A stretch of DNA of 64,000 bases from an uncultured virus (IMG/VR IMGVR_UViG_3300025840_000024). Taxonomy: Duplodnaviria; Heunggongvirae; Uroviricota; Caudoviricetes. Made by a program: the position numbers and the translations under genes. Where the stretch lies: the IMG/VR virus record IMGVR_UViG_3300025840_000024. One strand, written 5' to 3'. The notes below the pieces were generated by a model. That model made no database searches. It was not told the DNA's origin and saw only the letters and a program-made list of their open reading frames with translations. Shown here piece after piece: positions 30,084 to 39,826 of this stretch; positions within the stretch are counted from its first letter, which is position 1; every line of letters starts with the position of its first letter.

Positions 30084-30389
30084 ATGAAAAGTTTTCAACA
30101 ATTTCTCTCAGAAAGCATCACCATTAATGGTGATTTCAATGGAACTCTCAATGTAGGAGGTTCTCAACCAGAACAGGCACAAGAGTCGTTCTTTGCCGAT
30201 GTTGTCTGGGAAGGTAAGTTATATCGTCTTGAAGTAGAAGGTAAAATGCTTTCCAAGAATGAATTGGCAGAGCAGATTCAAGGAGAATATCCTGGAGCAA
30301 TGGTTCATCAAATTTATCCAGGAAATTCTCCTTCAAAAATTAAAAACGCACAAAGATATCAACCAGAAAGATTAACTTGGAGTGACTAA
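30084..30389 (+). CDS. hypothetical protein with T4 internal-protein-like N-terminus MKSFQQFLSE
   Basis: 101-aa ORF coupled to both neighbours. Confidence 0.8.
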   Translation: MKSFQQFLSESITINGDFNGTLNVGGSQPEQAQESFFADVVWEGKLYRLEVEGKMLSKNELAEQIQGEYPGAMVHQIYPGNSPSKIKNAQRYQPERLTWSD

Positions 30390-31975
30390 TGGCTCAGTGG
30401 AATAAGAACACACAGGACTTTCTAAACCAAGAAAGAACACTACATGAAGTTTACATGCGGTGTGACGAATATGGTCAAATCATTACTCCAAGTGCTTGTG
30501 GCGAATCTGCATTTGGTGAGAATATTGCAGTTCCCATCACACCAAAGATTCAGGGTGATGCTGTCTATGGATTAGATCCAAGAGAGTTTGAGACATTTAC
30601 ATTTAGCAATAGTGGTATTGCAACAAATGGAGATTTTAAATTTAAAGTTAGTGCAGGAACAGATGCTAATTCTTATGGTGTTATTAGAACCACAAACTTT
30701 TTGAGATATCGTCCTGGGCAGGGTGCAGTTGCAAGATTTACTGCCGCATTTTCTTCTAACCCAGTAGGATTTACTCAAAGAGTAGGTTTATTCAATCAAG
30801 AAAATGCCCTTCAAATCGGTTATGCACATACCAATGGACAGTTTGGCGTCCTTCGTGCCAGTGGAGGTAAAGCAAATATACAAGAGTTTGCCTTCACTAC
30901 ACTGGCAGATGGGGATGTAACAGTTACTCTCAACGGCACTAGTTTTACTGCGGTAACTTTAGGTGGTGGAAGTATTGCCGCAAACATTGCATTACTTGCA
31001 GAAGGATTGCAAGATCAGGCACTTTTTAATGCTTTATATCTCCTAGAATATGATCAGGCAAAGATTTCATTCTTAGCAACATCTCTTGGTGCTCAATCTG
31101 GTACATTTAATGCAACCAGTACTGCAGGTATAACATTTACCAATACAAAAAAACAAACTGGAGTAACACAGACAGAAAACTGGACATTCCAAGATGATTT
31201 TAACTTAGACAAACTGGATGGAACTGGATACTCTGGTGTTACTATTGATCCATCAAAACTAAATGTGTATCAAATCAACTTCCGTTGGTTGGGTGCTGGT
31301 GAGATCCGTTATGCTATTGAGAACCCCACTAATGGGGATATGATGTTCTTCCACCATGAACATTACACAAATAGAAATGAATCTCCTCATTTAGATAATC
31401 CATCTATGAAGATTGGATATGTTGCAGCAAACTTGGGAGCTCCTGCAAGTGGTGTTGTAACTTGCACTGGATCTTCATTCCTTGGTGCTATTGAAGGTTT
31501 GGTAACAAATACCAGACTTCCTTATTCTGTGACTGCAACCAGAAACAGTGGTATGAATACACCTGGAACTTTATATCATTTACTTACTCTCAAAAATAAA
31601 ATTATCTATCAAGGAAAAATTAATACCAGAGATTTGATTCCACAAAGATTGACTGCTTCTGTGAATACAACTCAGGATCCAGCAATCATTTACTTGTATT
31701 TTAATGCAAAATTTACAAATTATTTGAGACTTACAACACAAACAAACTTCAATGCATCTTTGTATGCTACTCAAGATAGTGCTGGGCAGTTTTCATTAGC
31801 ACCACAATCAACACCAGCAATTGCAGCATTTCATGTTTCTAATGGTGACACTATTAATGTTGATTTAACTGCTATTGGTATTGATGTTCCACCAGGAGAC
31901 TGTATATCAGCAGTTATTGCATCTTCAAGTAATATCACCAATGCCAGTGTGTCGTTCATTTATGTAGAAGACTAA
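30389..31975 (+). CDS. hypothetical beta-rich, probably virion-associated protein (528 aa)
   Basis: Long ORF, TAATG overlap, Thr/Ala/Gly-rich; YRPGQG, INFRWLGAGEIRY. Confidence 0.75.
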   Translation: MAQWNKNTQDFLNQERTLHEVYMRCDEYGQIITPSACGESAFGENIAVPITPKIQGDAVYGLDPREFETFTFSNSGIATNGDFKFKVSAGTDANSYGVIRTTNFLRYRPGQGAVARFTAAFSSNPVGFTQRVGLFNQENALQIGYAHTNGQFGVLRASGGKANIQEFAFTTLADGDVTVTLNGTSFTAVTLGGGSIAANIALLAEGLQDQALFNALYLLEYDQAKISFLATSLGAQSGTFNATSTAGITFTNTKKQTGVTQTENWTFQDDFNLDKLDGTGYSGVTIDPSKLNVYQINFRWLGAGEIRYAIENPTNGDMMFFHHEHYTNRNESPHLDNPSMKIGYVAANLGAPASGVVTCTGSSFLGAIEGLVTNTRLPYSVTATRNSGMNTPGTLYHLLTLKNKIIYQGKINTRDLIPQRLTASVNTTQDPAIIYLYFNAKFTNYLRLTTQTNFNASLYATQDSAGQFSLAPQSTPAIAAFHVSNGDTINVDLTAIGIDVPPGDCISAVIASSSNITNASVSFIYVED

Positions 31976-31990
31976 AAAAGGAGTTTCGTT

Positions 31991-33637
31991 ATGAGTGAAG
32001 TTTATTTAGGTAACCCAAACCTTAAGAAAGCAAATACTGCGATTGAATTTACAGAAGAGAATGTTATTGAGTTCCTCAAATGTAAACAAGACCCGGTATA
32101 TTTTGCAAGGAAGTATATAAAAATTGTTTCTCTTGATGAAGGACTTGTTCCTTTTGATATGTACCCATTTCAGGAAAAACTAATTCAAAATTTCCATGAT
32201 AATAGGTTTAATATCTGTAAGATGCCACGTCAGACTGGTAAGTCTACTACTTGTGTATCATATCTTTTACACTATGCTGTTTTTAACGATAATGTTAACA
32301 TCGCCATCCTAGCAAACAAGGCATCAACTGCCCGTGATCTTCTTGGAAGATTACAACTTGCTTATGAGAACTTGCCGAAGTGGATGCAGCAGGGTATTAT
32401 ATCATGGAACAAAGGTAGTCTGGAATTAGAAAATGGGTCCAAAATTTCGTCTAACTCTACTTCTTCATCTGCTGTCCGAGGCGGATCCTATAATGTCATC
32501 TTTCTTGACGAGTTCGCTTTCATCCCGAATCACATTGCTGATGACTTCTTTGCCTCTGTTTATCCTACTATTTCTTCTGGACAGAGCACAAAGGTAATTA
32601 TCGTTTCTACTCCTCGCGGTATGAACCACTTCTACCGCATGTGGCATGATGCGGAAAGGGGTAAGAATGAATATGTACCAACGGATGTTCACTGGTCAGA
32701 AGTTCCTGGCAGAGATCAAGCTTGGAAAGAGCAAACGATTGCCAATACCTCAGAAGCACAGTTCAAAGTTGAGTTTGAATGCGAATTTTTAGGATCAACC
32801 AATACTCTTATTAATCCAACTAAACTCAAAAATCTTGTTTATGAAAATCCTATAAAAAGAAATGCAGGACTTGACATTTATGAAAATGCAAAACCAGAAA
32901 ATAACTATCTCATTACTGTTGATGTTGCTCGGGGTTTGGGGAACGACTATTCTGCTTTTATCGTGTTTGATATCACACAATTCCCGTACAAAGTCGTCGC
33001 AAAATATCGGAATAATGAAATCAAACCAATGCTCTTTCCCAACATTATTCAAGAAGTTGGAAAAGCGTATAATGACGCTTGGTTACTAATAGAAGTAAAT
33101 GATATTGGTGATCAGGTAGCAAATATTCTTCATTATGATTTGGAATATGACAATCTTCTTATGGCATCAATGAGAGGTCGTGCTGGTCAAATTGTTGGTA
33201 CAGGATTTAGCGGTAAGAAATCTCAACTTGGTGTTCGTATGACATCCGCAGTTAAAAAGTTGGGATGTTCTAATCTCAAAACATTTTTAGAAGATGATAA
33301 GTTGCTGACTGTTGATTATGAAATTATTAGCGAATTAACAACTTTCTCTCAAAAACATAATTCGTTTGAGGCGGAAGAAGGTTGTAATGATGACCTTGCA
33401 ATGTGCTTAGTTATTTTTTCTTGGTTAGTCGCACAAGACTATTTTAAGGAGATGACTGATAATGATGTCAGAAAAAGAATCTATGAGGAGCAAAAAAATC
33501 AGATAGAACAAGATATGGCTCCATTTGGATTTGTTTCCGATGGATTAAGTGATCCAGGAGGATTTACTGATAGTGAGGGAGATAGATGGTTTACTGACGA
33601 ATATGGGGATAAAAGTTACATGTGGGAATATCATTAA
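31991..33637 (+). CDS. gp17: terminase large subunit gp17
   Basis: YLGNPNLKKAN; Walker A PRQTGKST; IFLDEFAF; VSTPRG; nuclease DVARG and DDLAM motifs. Confidence 0.98.
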   Translation: MSEVYLGNPNLKKANTAIEFTEENVIEFLKCKQDPVYFARKYIKIVSLDEGLVPFDMYPFQEKLIQNFHDNRFNICKMPRQTGKSTTCVSYLLHYAVFNDNVNIAILANKASTARDLLGRLQLAYENLPKWMQQGIISWNKGSLELENGSKISSNSTSSSAVRGGSYNVIFLDEFAFIPNHIADDFFASVYPTISSGQSTKVIIVSTPRGMNHFYRMWHDAERGKNEYVPTDVHWSEVPGRDQAWKEQTIANTSEAQFKVEFECEFLGSTNTLINPTKLKNLVYENPIKRNAGLDIYENAKPENNYLITVDVARGLGNDYSAFIVFDITQFPYKVVAKYRNNEIKPMLFPNIIQEVGKAYNDAWLLIEVNDIGDQVANILHYDLEYDNLLMASMRGRAGQIVGTGFSGKKSQLGVRMTSAVKKLGCSNLKTFLEDDKLLTVDYEIISELTTFSQKHNSFEAEEGCNDDLAMCLVIFSWLVAQDYFKEMTDNDVRKRIYEEQKNQIEQDMAPFGFVSDGLSDPGGFTDSEGDRWFTDEYGDKSYMWEYH

Positions 33638-33867
33638 TGGATTTTGATGATCAAATTAAATTAGGACATTTATTACTCAATGAAAGAAAGTGTAGATCTT
33701 GTGGATTTACAAAAAATTTAATAGATGGTTTTTATAGAACTAAAAAAGATAGAGCATCTGCAATGTCATCATATTCGTACGAATGTAAAGAATGTACAAT
33801 AAAAAGAATACAACAAACAAGAAAAAGAGTTCCATGTAGATGTGAATGGGAATATCCTGACTGGTAG
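33637..33867 (+). CDS. small zinc-finger protein (CxxC...CxxC)
   Basis: Start at the TAATG overlap at 33637; RKCRSCG..K.L..FY...YSYECKEC resembles the Zn domain of phage endonucleases. Confidence 0.7.
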   Translation: MDFDDQIKLGHLLLNERKCRSCGFTKNLIDGFYRTKKDRASAMSSYSYECKECTIKRIQQTRKRVPCRCEWEYPDW

Positions 33868-33908
33868 TATTGTTCACGCATCGTTTCCCCATTGAAAAAA
33901 GACAAATC

Positions 33909-33916
33909 AATAAATA
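33909..33916 (+). promoter_or_regulatory. late promoter AATAAATA
   Basis: One mismatch to consensus; upstream of gp18. Confidence 0.7.
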
Positions 33917-33952
33917 TTATTAGAACAAATTTGGATTGCGAGGGTAATCAAG

Positions 33953-36364
33953 ATGCCATTAAATTTAGCATCTCCTGGGATTGTAGTAAAGGAAGTTGAT
34001 TTAACTATTGGAAGAGTTACTCCTTCTTCAGCTAGAATCGGAGCTATTGTAGCACCTTTTGCAAAGGGACCAGTAGACGTACCAATACTGGTAGAGAACG
34101 AGAATGGTTTACTTAAGAATTTTGGGCAACCATATGCCACAGATAAGCACTATGAGAACTGGTTAGTTGCTTCTTCTTATCTCTCTTATGGCGGATCACT
34201 TAGAGTTGTAAGAGCAAACGACTCCCAATTAAAAAATGCTTTTATAGGAACTGCATCAAGCGTTAAGATTGATAGTTTAGACAACTACAATTCTTTAGGG
34301 TATGATGAAAATACTTTAAGTAATGTTGTTTTTGCTGCCAGAAACCCCGGTACTTGGGCAAACGGGGCAAGAGTTGCAATTATTGACTCAAAAGCAGATC
34401 AAATTCTGACAGGAATTAATACATCTGGAGTTGTTAACTTTGTTGCTGCTATCTCTAACAGAAGTGGTACTTTAGTTGGCAGTGCTACAACAATCGGCAT
34501 TTCGACCGCATCGGTAACATTGGGGCAAATTGTAAGATGTGATGTTGCTGGAGTTGTTGCTGCAGGCACTACAGTTACTTCAATTGCAGTGGGAGATGTA
34601 GTTGGTATTTCAACTGCATCACTATCTTCTGTTGATATTACTACTACGTTTGACTTCGGTTCCAACTCAGTAGTCAGCGATCCACTGGTTGTTGGATATG
34701 GAGTCACACAGGCAATATCTTCCACTCTTCCTGGTCCTGGTACAACTAGCACTCTTGATGGTCACTTAAAGGGTATTATTACTGAAATTGGCGCATCTTC
34801 TGTAGGCGTAAAAGTTCTTTCTCATGTATCCTCAGCAGGAACTGTAACGGACGTAGATTATCAACCATCCGGAGTTTATGCATTTGCTGGATCGGGAGAC
34901 GTTTCAATTACTAAAAATAATGAAATAACTTCTTATGGTTCTACTTCTTACACCGCAAGACAAGATTGGTTCGATCAACAAACAGTTGGTTTAACCACCA
35001 CATCAAGTGTTAATTGGAATACTCTTGCACCAAGACCTGGAACTTCTGCCTATGCAGCAGCAAGAAATTCAAGATTTGATGAAGTTCACGTTGTTGTTAT
35101 TGACTCTCTTGGAACTATCAGTGGAAATGCAGGAACTATTCTTGAGAAGCATTTAAGTCTTTCGAAGGCAAAAGATGCAGAGTTCTCTGTAGGAAGTCCA
35201 TCTTACTGGAGAAGTTTTCTTGCAAATAACTCAGAATATGTCTTTGGTTTAGGTTCTCCCGCAAACACTGTAGAGACAGGTTATAGTTCTAATTTTGCAC
35301 TTGTCTCGAATGGTGGTTGGGATAGAGATGCAGAAGGTACTATTTTTAATGCTGCAGGTTCTTCAACTGATGACCTAACAGGAGGAACAAATTATGGAGG
35401 AAAAACTGACTTAACTAAATCTGGTGCTCTGACAGCAAGTATTGGAGAACTTTCCGATGGTTATGACTTGTTTGAGTCTACAGATAACTATAAAGCAGAC
35501 TTCTTGCTTATGGGATCTGCCTCCAAGGCTAAGGTAGATACTCAGGCACTTGCAAATAAAGTTATTTCTGTCGCTGAACTGAGAAAGGATGCTGTTGCTT
35601 TTGTATCTCCAAGTAGAGATTCTATCATGAGCGACACCACAACACAAGGTGATACAACAGTTTATAGTGCATCAGATATTACTAATAAATTAATTGAATT
35701 CTATGCTTCCGTGTCTTCATCTTCTTATGCGATATTTGATAGTGGTTATAAGTACATGTATGATCGCTTCTCAAATACTTTCAGATATGTTCCGCTAAAT
35801 GGAGATATTGCAGGTATTTGTGCTCGTACTGATATTAATAACTTCCCTTGGTATTCTCCAGCAGGAACATCAAGAGGTTCTATCTTAAACGCGGTAAAAC
35901 TTGCGTACAATCCAACAAAAGCACAAAGAGATCGTCTGTATTCAAATAGAATCAACCCAGTTGTATTCTCTCCTGGTGCAGGTATTGTTCTCTTTGGAGA
36001 TAAAACTGGACTTGCTAAGGCATCGGCATTTGACCGCATTAACGTCCGTCGCTTGTTCATCTATCTTGAGAATGCTATTTCTGCTGCTGCGAAAGATCAA
36101 CTCTTTGAGTTCAACGATGAAATTACAAGAACAAACTTTGTAAATGTTGTTGAACCATTCTTACGTGATGTTCAGTCAAATAGAGGTATTCAAGATTATG
36201 TTGTTATTTGCGATGAAACAAATAACACTGCTGCGGTGATAGATAATAATGAGTTTGTGGCAGATATCTTTATCAAACCCGCAAGATCAATTAACTTCAT
36301 TGGTCTGACCTTTGTTGCCACCAAGACTGGTGTTGATTTTGAAGAAGTAATCGGTAACTTTTAA
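33953..36364 (+). CDS. gp18: tail sheath protein gp18
   Basis: ASPGIVVKEVDLT; PWYSPAG..RG; LFGDKT; SAFDRINVRRLF; FEFNDEITR; IKPARSINFI.LTF. Confidence 0.98.
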   Translation: MPLNLASPGIVVKEVDLTIGRVTPSSARIGAIVAPFAKGPVDVPILVENENGLLKNFGQPYATDKHYENWLVASSYLSYGGSLRVVRANDSQLKNAFIGTASSVKIDSLDNYNSLGYDENTLSNVVFAARNPGTWANGARVAIIDSKADQILTGINTSGVVNFVAAISNRSGTLVGSATTIGISTASVTLGQIVRCDVAGVVAAGTTVTSIAVGDVVGISTASLSSVDITTTFDFGSNSVVSDPLVVGYGVTQAISSTLPGPGTTSTLDGHLKGIITEIGASSVGVKVLSHVSSAGTVTDVDYQPSGVYAFAGSGDVSITKNNEITSYGSTSYTARQDWFDQQTVGLTTTSSVNWNTLAPRPGTSAYAAARNSRFDEVHVVVIDSLGTISGNAGTILEKHLSLSKAKDAEFSVGSPSYWRSFLANNSEYVFGLGSPANTVETGYSSNFALVSNGGWDRDAEGTIFNAAGSSTDDLTGGTNYGGKTDLTKSGALTASIGELSDGYDLFESTDNYKADFLLMGSASKAKVDTQALANKVISVAELRKDAVAFVSPSRDSIMSDTTTQGDTTVYSASDITNKLIEFYASVSSSSYAIFDSGYKYMYDRFSNTFRYVPLNGDIAGICARTDINNFPWYSPAGTSRGSILNAVKLAYNPTKAQRDRLYSNRINPVVFSPGAGIVLFGDKTGLAKASAFDRINVRRLFIYLENAISAAAKDQLFEFNDEITRTNFVNVVEPFLRDVQSNRGIQDYVVICDETNNTAAVIDNNEFVADIFIKPARSINFIGLTFVATKTGVDFEEVIGNF

Positions 36365-36386
36365 TTAACTTAGAGGCTCTAAAAAA

Positions 36387-36977
36387 ATGGCAACCAGAAA
36401 CCAAATTAATAACATTCCCTTGAGGAAAATTACCGACTTCAAGAGTAAGTTGTCGGGCGGTGGTACAAGAAGTAATCTTTTTGAAGTTGAACTTGCTTTT
36501 CCAACAGCAGTTGGTATTGATGCGGTAACCTTAGATAAGACAAGATTTCTTGTAAAATCAGCAGCACTTCCTGCTTCAAATATCACACCATTGGAAGTAG
36601 CATTTAGAGGAAGAACTCTAAAACTTGCTGGCGATAGAACATTTGAAACATGGACAATTACTGTCATTAATGATGTCGATTTCTCTATTCGTTCATCATT
36701 TGAAAAATGGGCAAACTACATCAATCGTTTGTCTGATAGCACTGGATCTACCGATCCTGCAACATATCAGGCAGATGCTTTTGTCCATCAGTTAAATCGT
36801 GATGGAACTATTTTGAGATCATATCATTTCTATGATATTTTCCCAACAAATATTTCAACAATCAATCTCTCTTACGATAGCGAAGCAATTGAAGAATTTA
36901 CTGTTGAGATGCAAATTCACTGGTGGGAAGCAATTAAGGGAACTTCTCCGGCAGCTGGCGGAGAAGATATCAACTAA
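36387..36977 (+). CDS. gp19: tail tube protein gp19
   Basis: GGG.RSNLFEV; FRGR.LKLAGDRTFETWTITVIND; IEEFTVE. Confidence 0.97.
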   Translation: MATRNQINNIPLRKITDFKSKLSGGGTRSNLFEVELAFPTAVGIDAVTLDKTRFLVKSAALPASNITPLEVAFRGRTLKLAGDRTFETWTITVINDVDFSIRSSFEKWANYINRLSDSTGSTDPATYQADAFVHQLNRDGTILRSYHFYDIFPTNISTINLSYDSEAIEEFTVEMQIHWWEAIKGTSPAAGGEDIN

Positions 36978-36980
36978 ATA
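36973..36980 (+). promoter_or_regulatory. late promoter variant ACTAAATA
   Basis: Overlaps the gp19 stop; upstream of gp20. Confidence 0.6.
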
Positions 36981-37007
36981 GTACACGGTCACAAGTAAGT
37001 TTATAAA

Positions 37008-38645
37008 ATGGCGAAACTTTTTGGTTTTTCGATTGATGATAAAGAGAAAAAATCTAGTTCTATAGTATCCCCCGTTCCTCAAACTAATGAGGACGGGGTT
37101 GATCATTATATACAATCCGGATTTTATGGTCAGTATGTAGATATTGAAGGTGTCTATAGAACTGAGTACGATTTAATTCGTCGTTACCGGGAAATGGCAC
37201 TGCATCCAGAATGCGATGGTGCAATTGAAGATGTTATTAATGAGGCAATTGTTAGTGATTTGTATGATTCTCCTGTGGAAATAGAACTTACCAATGTAAA
37301 TGCTGGAGATAAATTAAAGCAAATAATTAGAGAGGAATTTAAGTCTATCAAAGAGATGATGGATTTTGATAGAAAGTCGCACGAAATTTTTAGAAATTGG
37401 TATGTTGATGGGAGATTATTTTATCTAAAAGTCATTGACATTAAAAAACCTCATGAAGGAATCAAAGAATTAAGATACATTGATCCTATGAGGATGAAGC
37501 ATGTTCGTCAAGAAGTTAAAGAGAATGGAGATAATACTTTAAATGGAAATTTCTCTGATGGCAGTATTCCCATAAATCATTCAAAGATAGAAGAATATTA
37601 CGTTTATTCTCCTGCTCCTGCCCATAACGTTGGTTATATGGGAGCAAAGTCTAAAGGTACAGTTAAAATTGCAAAAGATTCTATTACATATTGCACCTCT
37701 GGATTAGTAGATAGAAACAAAGGAACGGTTCTTTCATATCTTCACAAAGCAATTAAAGCTCTCAATCAACTTCGTATGATTGAAGATTCTCTTGTTATTT
37801 ACAGATTATCAAGAGCACCAGAACGTAGAATTTTCTACATTGACGTTGGCAATCTTCCTAAGGTAAAGGCAGAACAATACCTCAAAGAGGTTATGTCACG
37901 TTATAGAAATAAATTAGTTTATAACGCACAAACTGGTGAAGTTCGTGATGATCGTAAATTTATGTCAATGCTCGAAGATTTTTGGCTTCCAAGAAGAGAG
38001 GGCGGAAGAGGTACTGAAATTACCACTCTTCCTGGTGGACAAAATCTTGGCGAACTTGCCGATATTGAGTATTTCCAAAAGAAATTATACAGAGCTTTGG
38101 GAGTTCCAGAGTCAAGAATTGCTGCCAATGAGGGATTCAATCTTGGTCGCTCTTCAGAAATTTTAAGAGATGAATTAAAGTTCTCAAAATTTGTTGGACG
38201 TTTAAGAAAAAGATTTTCTCAGATGTTTAATGATATGCTGAGAACTCAATTACTGCTTAAAAATATAGTAACCCCAGATGATTGGGAAATCATGGAAGAT
38301 CATATTCAATATGACTTCTTGTATGATAACCATTTCTCAGAATTAAAAGAGTCTGAACTTCTTTCTGAAAGATTAAACTTAGTTACGACTATTGAACCAT
38401 ATATTGGAAAATATTTTTCAACAGAATACGTTCGTAAGAAAATTTTACGACAAACGGATTCTGAAATTATTGAAATTGATTATCAAATTGATGATGAGAT
38501 TCAAAAAGGAATACTTCCTGATCCAAATGCCCCAACGGATGAAATGGGTAATCCAATTCCTCAAGATAGTGAACAACAAAACTTGGGAGATGTTCCAATG
38601 GAACCGGAAATTGACGCAAGTTCGACTCAGGCACCAGAAATATAA
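37008..38645 (+). CDS. gp20: portal vertex protein gp20
   Basis: LHKAIKALNQLRMIEDSLVIYRLSRAPERRIFYIDVGNLPK; EDFWLPRREGGRGTEITTLPGGQNLG. Confidence 0.99.
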   Translation: MAKLFGFSIDDKEKKSSSIVSPVPQTNEDGVDHYIQSGFYGQYVDIEGVYRTEYDLIRRYREMALHPECDGAIEDVINEAIVSDLYDSPVEIELTNVNAGDKLKQIIREEFKSIKEMMDFDRKSHEIFRNWYVDGRLFYLKVIDIKKPHEGIKELRYIDPMRMKHVRQEVKENGDNTLNGNFSDGSIPINHSKIEEYYVYSPAPAHNVGYMGAKSKGTVKIAKDSITYCTSGLVDRNKGTVLSYLHKAIKALNQLRMIEDSLVIYRLSRAPERRIFYIDVGNLPKVKAEQYLKEVMSRYRNKLVYNAQTGEVRDDRKFMSMLEDFWLPRREGGRGTEITTLPGGQNLGELADIEYFQKKLYRALGVPESRIAANEGFNLGRSSEILRDELKFSKFVGRLRKRFSQMFNDMLRTQLLLKNIVTPDDWEIMEDHIQYDFLYDNHFSELKESELLSERLNLVTTIEPYIGKYFSTEYVRKKILRQTDSEIIEIDYQIDDEIQKGILPDPNAPTDEMGNPIPQDSEQQNLGDVPMEPEIDASSTQAPEI

Positions 38646-38656
38646 TAGCAACAAAA

Positions 38657-38664
38657 TATAAATA
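38657..38664 (+). promoter_or_regulatory. late promoter TATAAATA
   Basis: Exact consensus after gp20. Confidence 0.85.
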
Positions 38665-38686
38665 ACTTTATACTGACAAAAATTTA

Positions 38687-38854
38687 ATGGAAGAGCTTAT
38701 CGATTTGATTGCAACGGATGAATCTCCATCTGTTGTTACTGACCAGATTAAAAATTTATTATACGCAAAAGCAGCAGAAAAAATTGAAAGTCAAAAGTCT
38801 TCGGTTGCTGCATCATTATTTGCAGACTCTGAAGCAACACACGAGGAGGAATAA
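38687..38854 (+). CDS. small acidic protein, probable prohead core (gp67-like position); not in the ORF track
   Basis: 55 aa MEELIDLIATDESPSVVTDQIKNLLYAKAAEKIESQKSSVAASLFADSEATHEEE*; follows a late promoter; its TAA overlaps the next ATG. Confidence 0.75.
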   Translation: MEELIDLIATDESPSVVTDQIKNLLYAKAAEKIESQKSSVAASLFADSEATHEEE

Positions 38855-39126
38855 TGGGAAGAATTTTATTAAAGGGAACAGAAATTCAAGTTCCAAATAC
38901 AGTTGGTGCTGGATCTAGTTTTAGTGAAGCTACTGTCGTTCGCTTGGCAAATCCAAGTACAACTGATTATGTAATTACAGTATCTGAAACGAATGCTGGT
39001 CCCACGATTGGAACTTTTACTATGTTAGCCAATACGACAGAATTGTTAGAAAAGCAACCATCGCATACTGTTCATGTTAATACCGGAACAGATGTCTTAG
39101 GAACAAAAGTAGGATTCACAGGATAA
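38854..39126 (+). CDS. hypothetical small beta-rich protein
   Basis: GAGGAG RBS; lies between the portal and protease genes. Confidence 0.8.
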   Translation: MGRILLKGTEIQVPNTVGAGSSFSEATVVRLANPSTTDYVITVSETNAGPTIGTFTMLANTTELLEKQPSHTVHVNTGTDVLGTKVGFTG

Positions 39127-39130
39127 TCAA

Positions 39131-39784
39131 ATGAAACTCATCACAGAAGAAGTATCAAACGTAAAAATTATTACCGAAGGCAAGGGTGCCAGTAAGAAAT
39201 TATACATTGAGGGTGTTTTCCTTCAAGGTGATCTCAAAAACCGTAACGGTAGAATGTATCCAATGGAGACACTTTCCCGTGAGGTAAATCGTTATTGCGA
39301 AACCTTTGTAAATAAGGGACGTGCTCTGGGAGAACTTGGTCATCCCGATGGACCCACCGTAAATCTGGATCGTGTTTCTCACAAAATTACTTCACTCGTT
39401 CGAGAGGGAACTAATTTTAGAGGTAAGGCACAAATTCTTAATACTCCTATGGGTAAGATTGCATCTTCCCTTTTGGATGAAGGTGTAATGCTCGGAGTTT
39501 CTTCTCGTGGTGTTGGATCTTTGAGAGAAGATCATCGCAGTGGTTGTAAAGTTGTCGGCGAAGATTTCCAATTGGCAACTGCTGCCGACATTGTTGCAGA
39601 TCCTTCTGCTCCAGATGCTTTTGTTAATGGAATTATGGAAGGAAAAGAATGGGTTTGGGAAGGCGGTATTCTTCGCGAACAACTTGCAGAAAGAACTCAG
39701 AAGAGAATTAATACTCTCGTAGGTCAAAGACAACTTGAAGAGCATAAATTGGAATTATTCAAACAATTCCTCTTAGATTTGTAA
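39131..39784 (+). CDS. gp21: prohead core protease gp21
   Basis: LYIEGVFLQ...NRNGRMYP; ALGELGHP; GVSSRG.GS; D.VADPSAPDAFV. Confidence 0.98.
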   Translation: MKLITEEVSNVKIITEGKGASKKLYIEGVFLQGDLKNRNGRMYPMETLSREVNRYCETFVNKGRALGELGHPDGPTVNLDRVSHKITSLVREGTNFRGKAQILNTPMGKIASSLLDEGVMLGVSSRGVGSLREDHRSGCKVVGEDFQLATAADIVADPSAPDAFVNGIMEGKEWVWEGGILREQLAERTQKRINTLVGQRQLEEHKLELFKQFLLDL

Positions 39785-39786
39785 TT

Positions 39787-39794
39787 TATAAATA
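39787..39794 (+). promoter_or_regulatory. late promoter TATAAATA
   Basis: Exact consensus upstream of gp22. Confidence 0.85.
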
Positions 39795-39826
39795 AATATA
39801 GATTAATACAATAAATCTAAAGAAAA

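Noticed and set aside
33637..33867. Homing endonuclease after gp17
   Set aside because: Only a CxxC/CxxC domain is present; no HNH, GIY-YIG or endonuclease VII catalytic motif in 76 aa
38709..38918. 69-aa ORF from the track
   Set aside because: The frame at 38687-38854 has an ATG after the late promoter and a TAATG coupling to the next gene, so it is preferred
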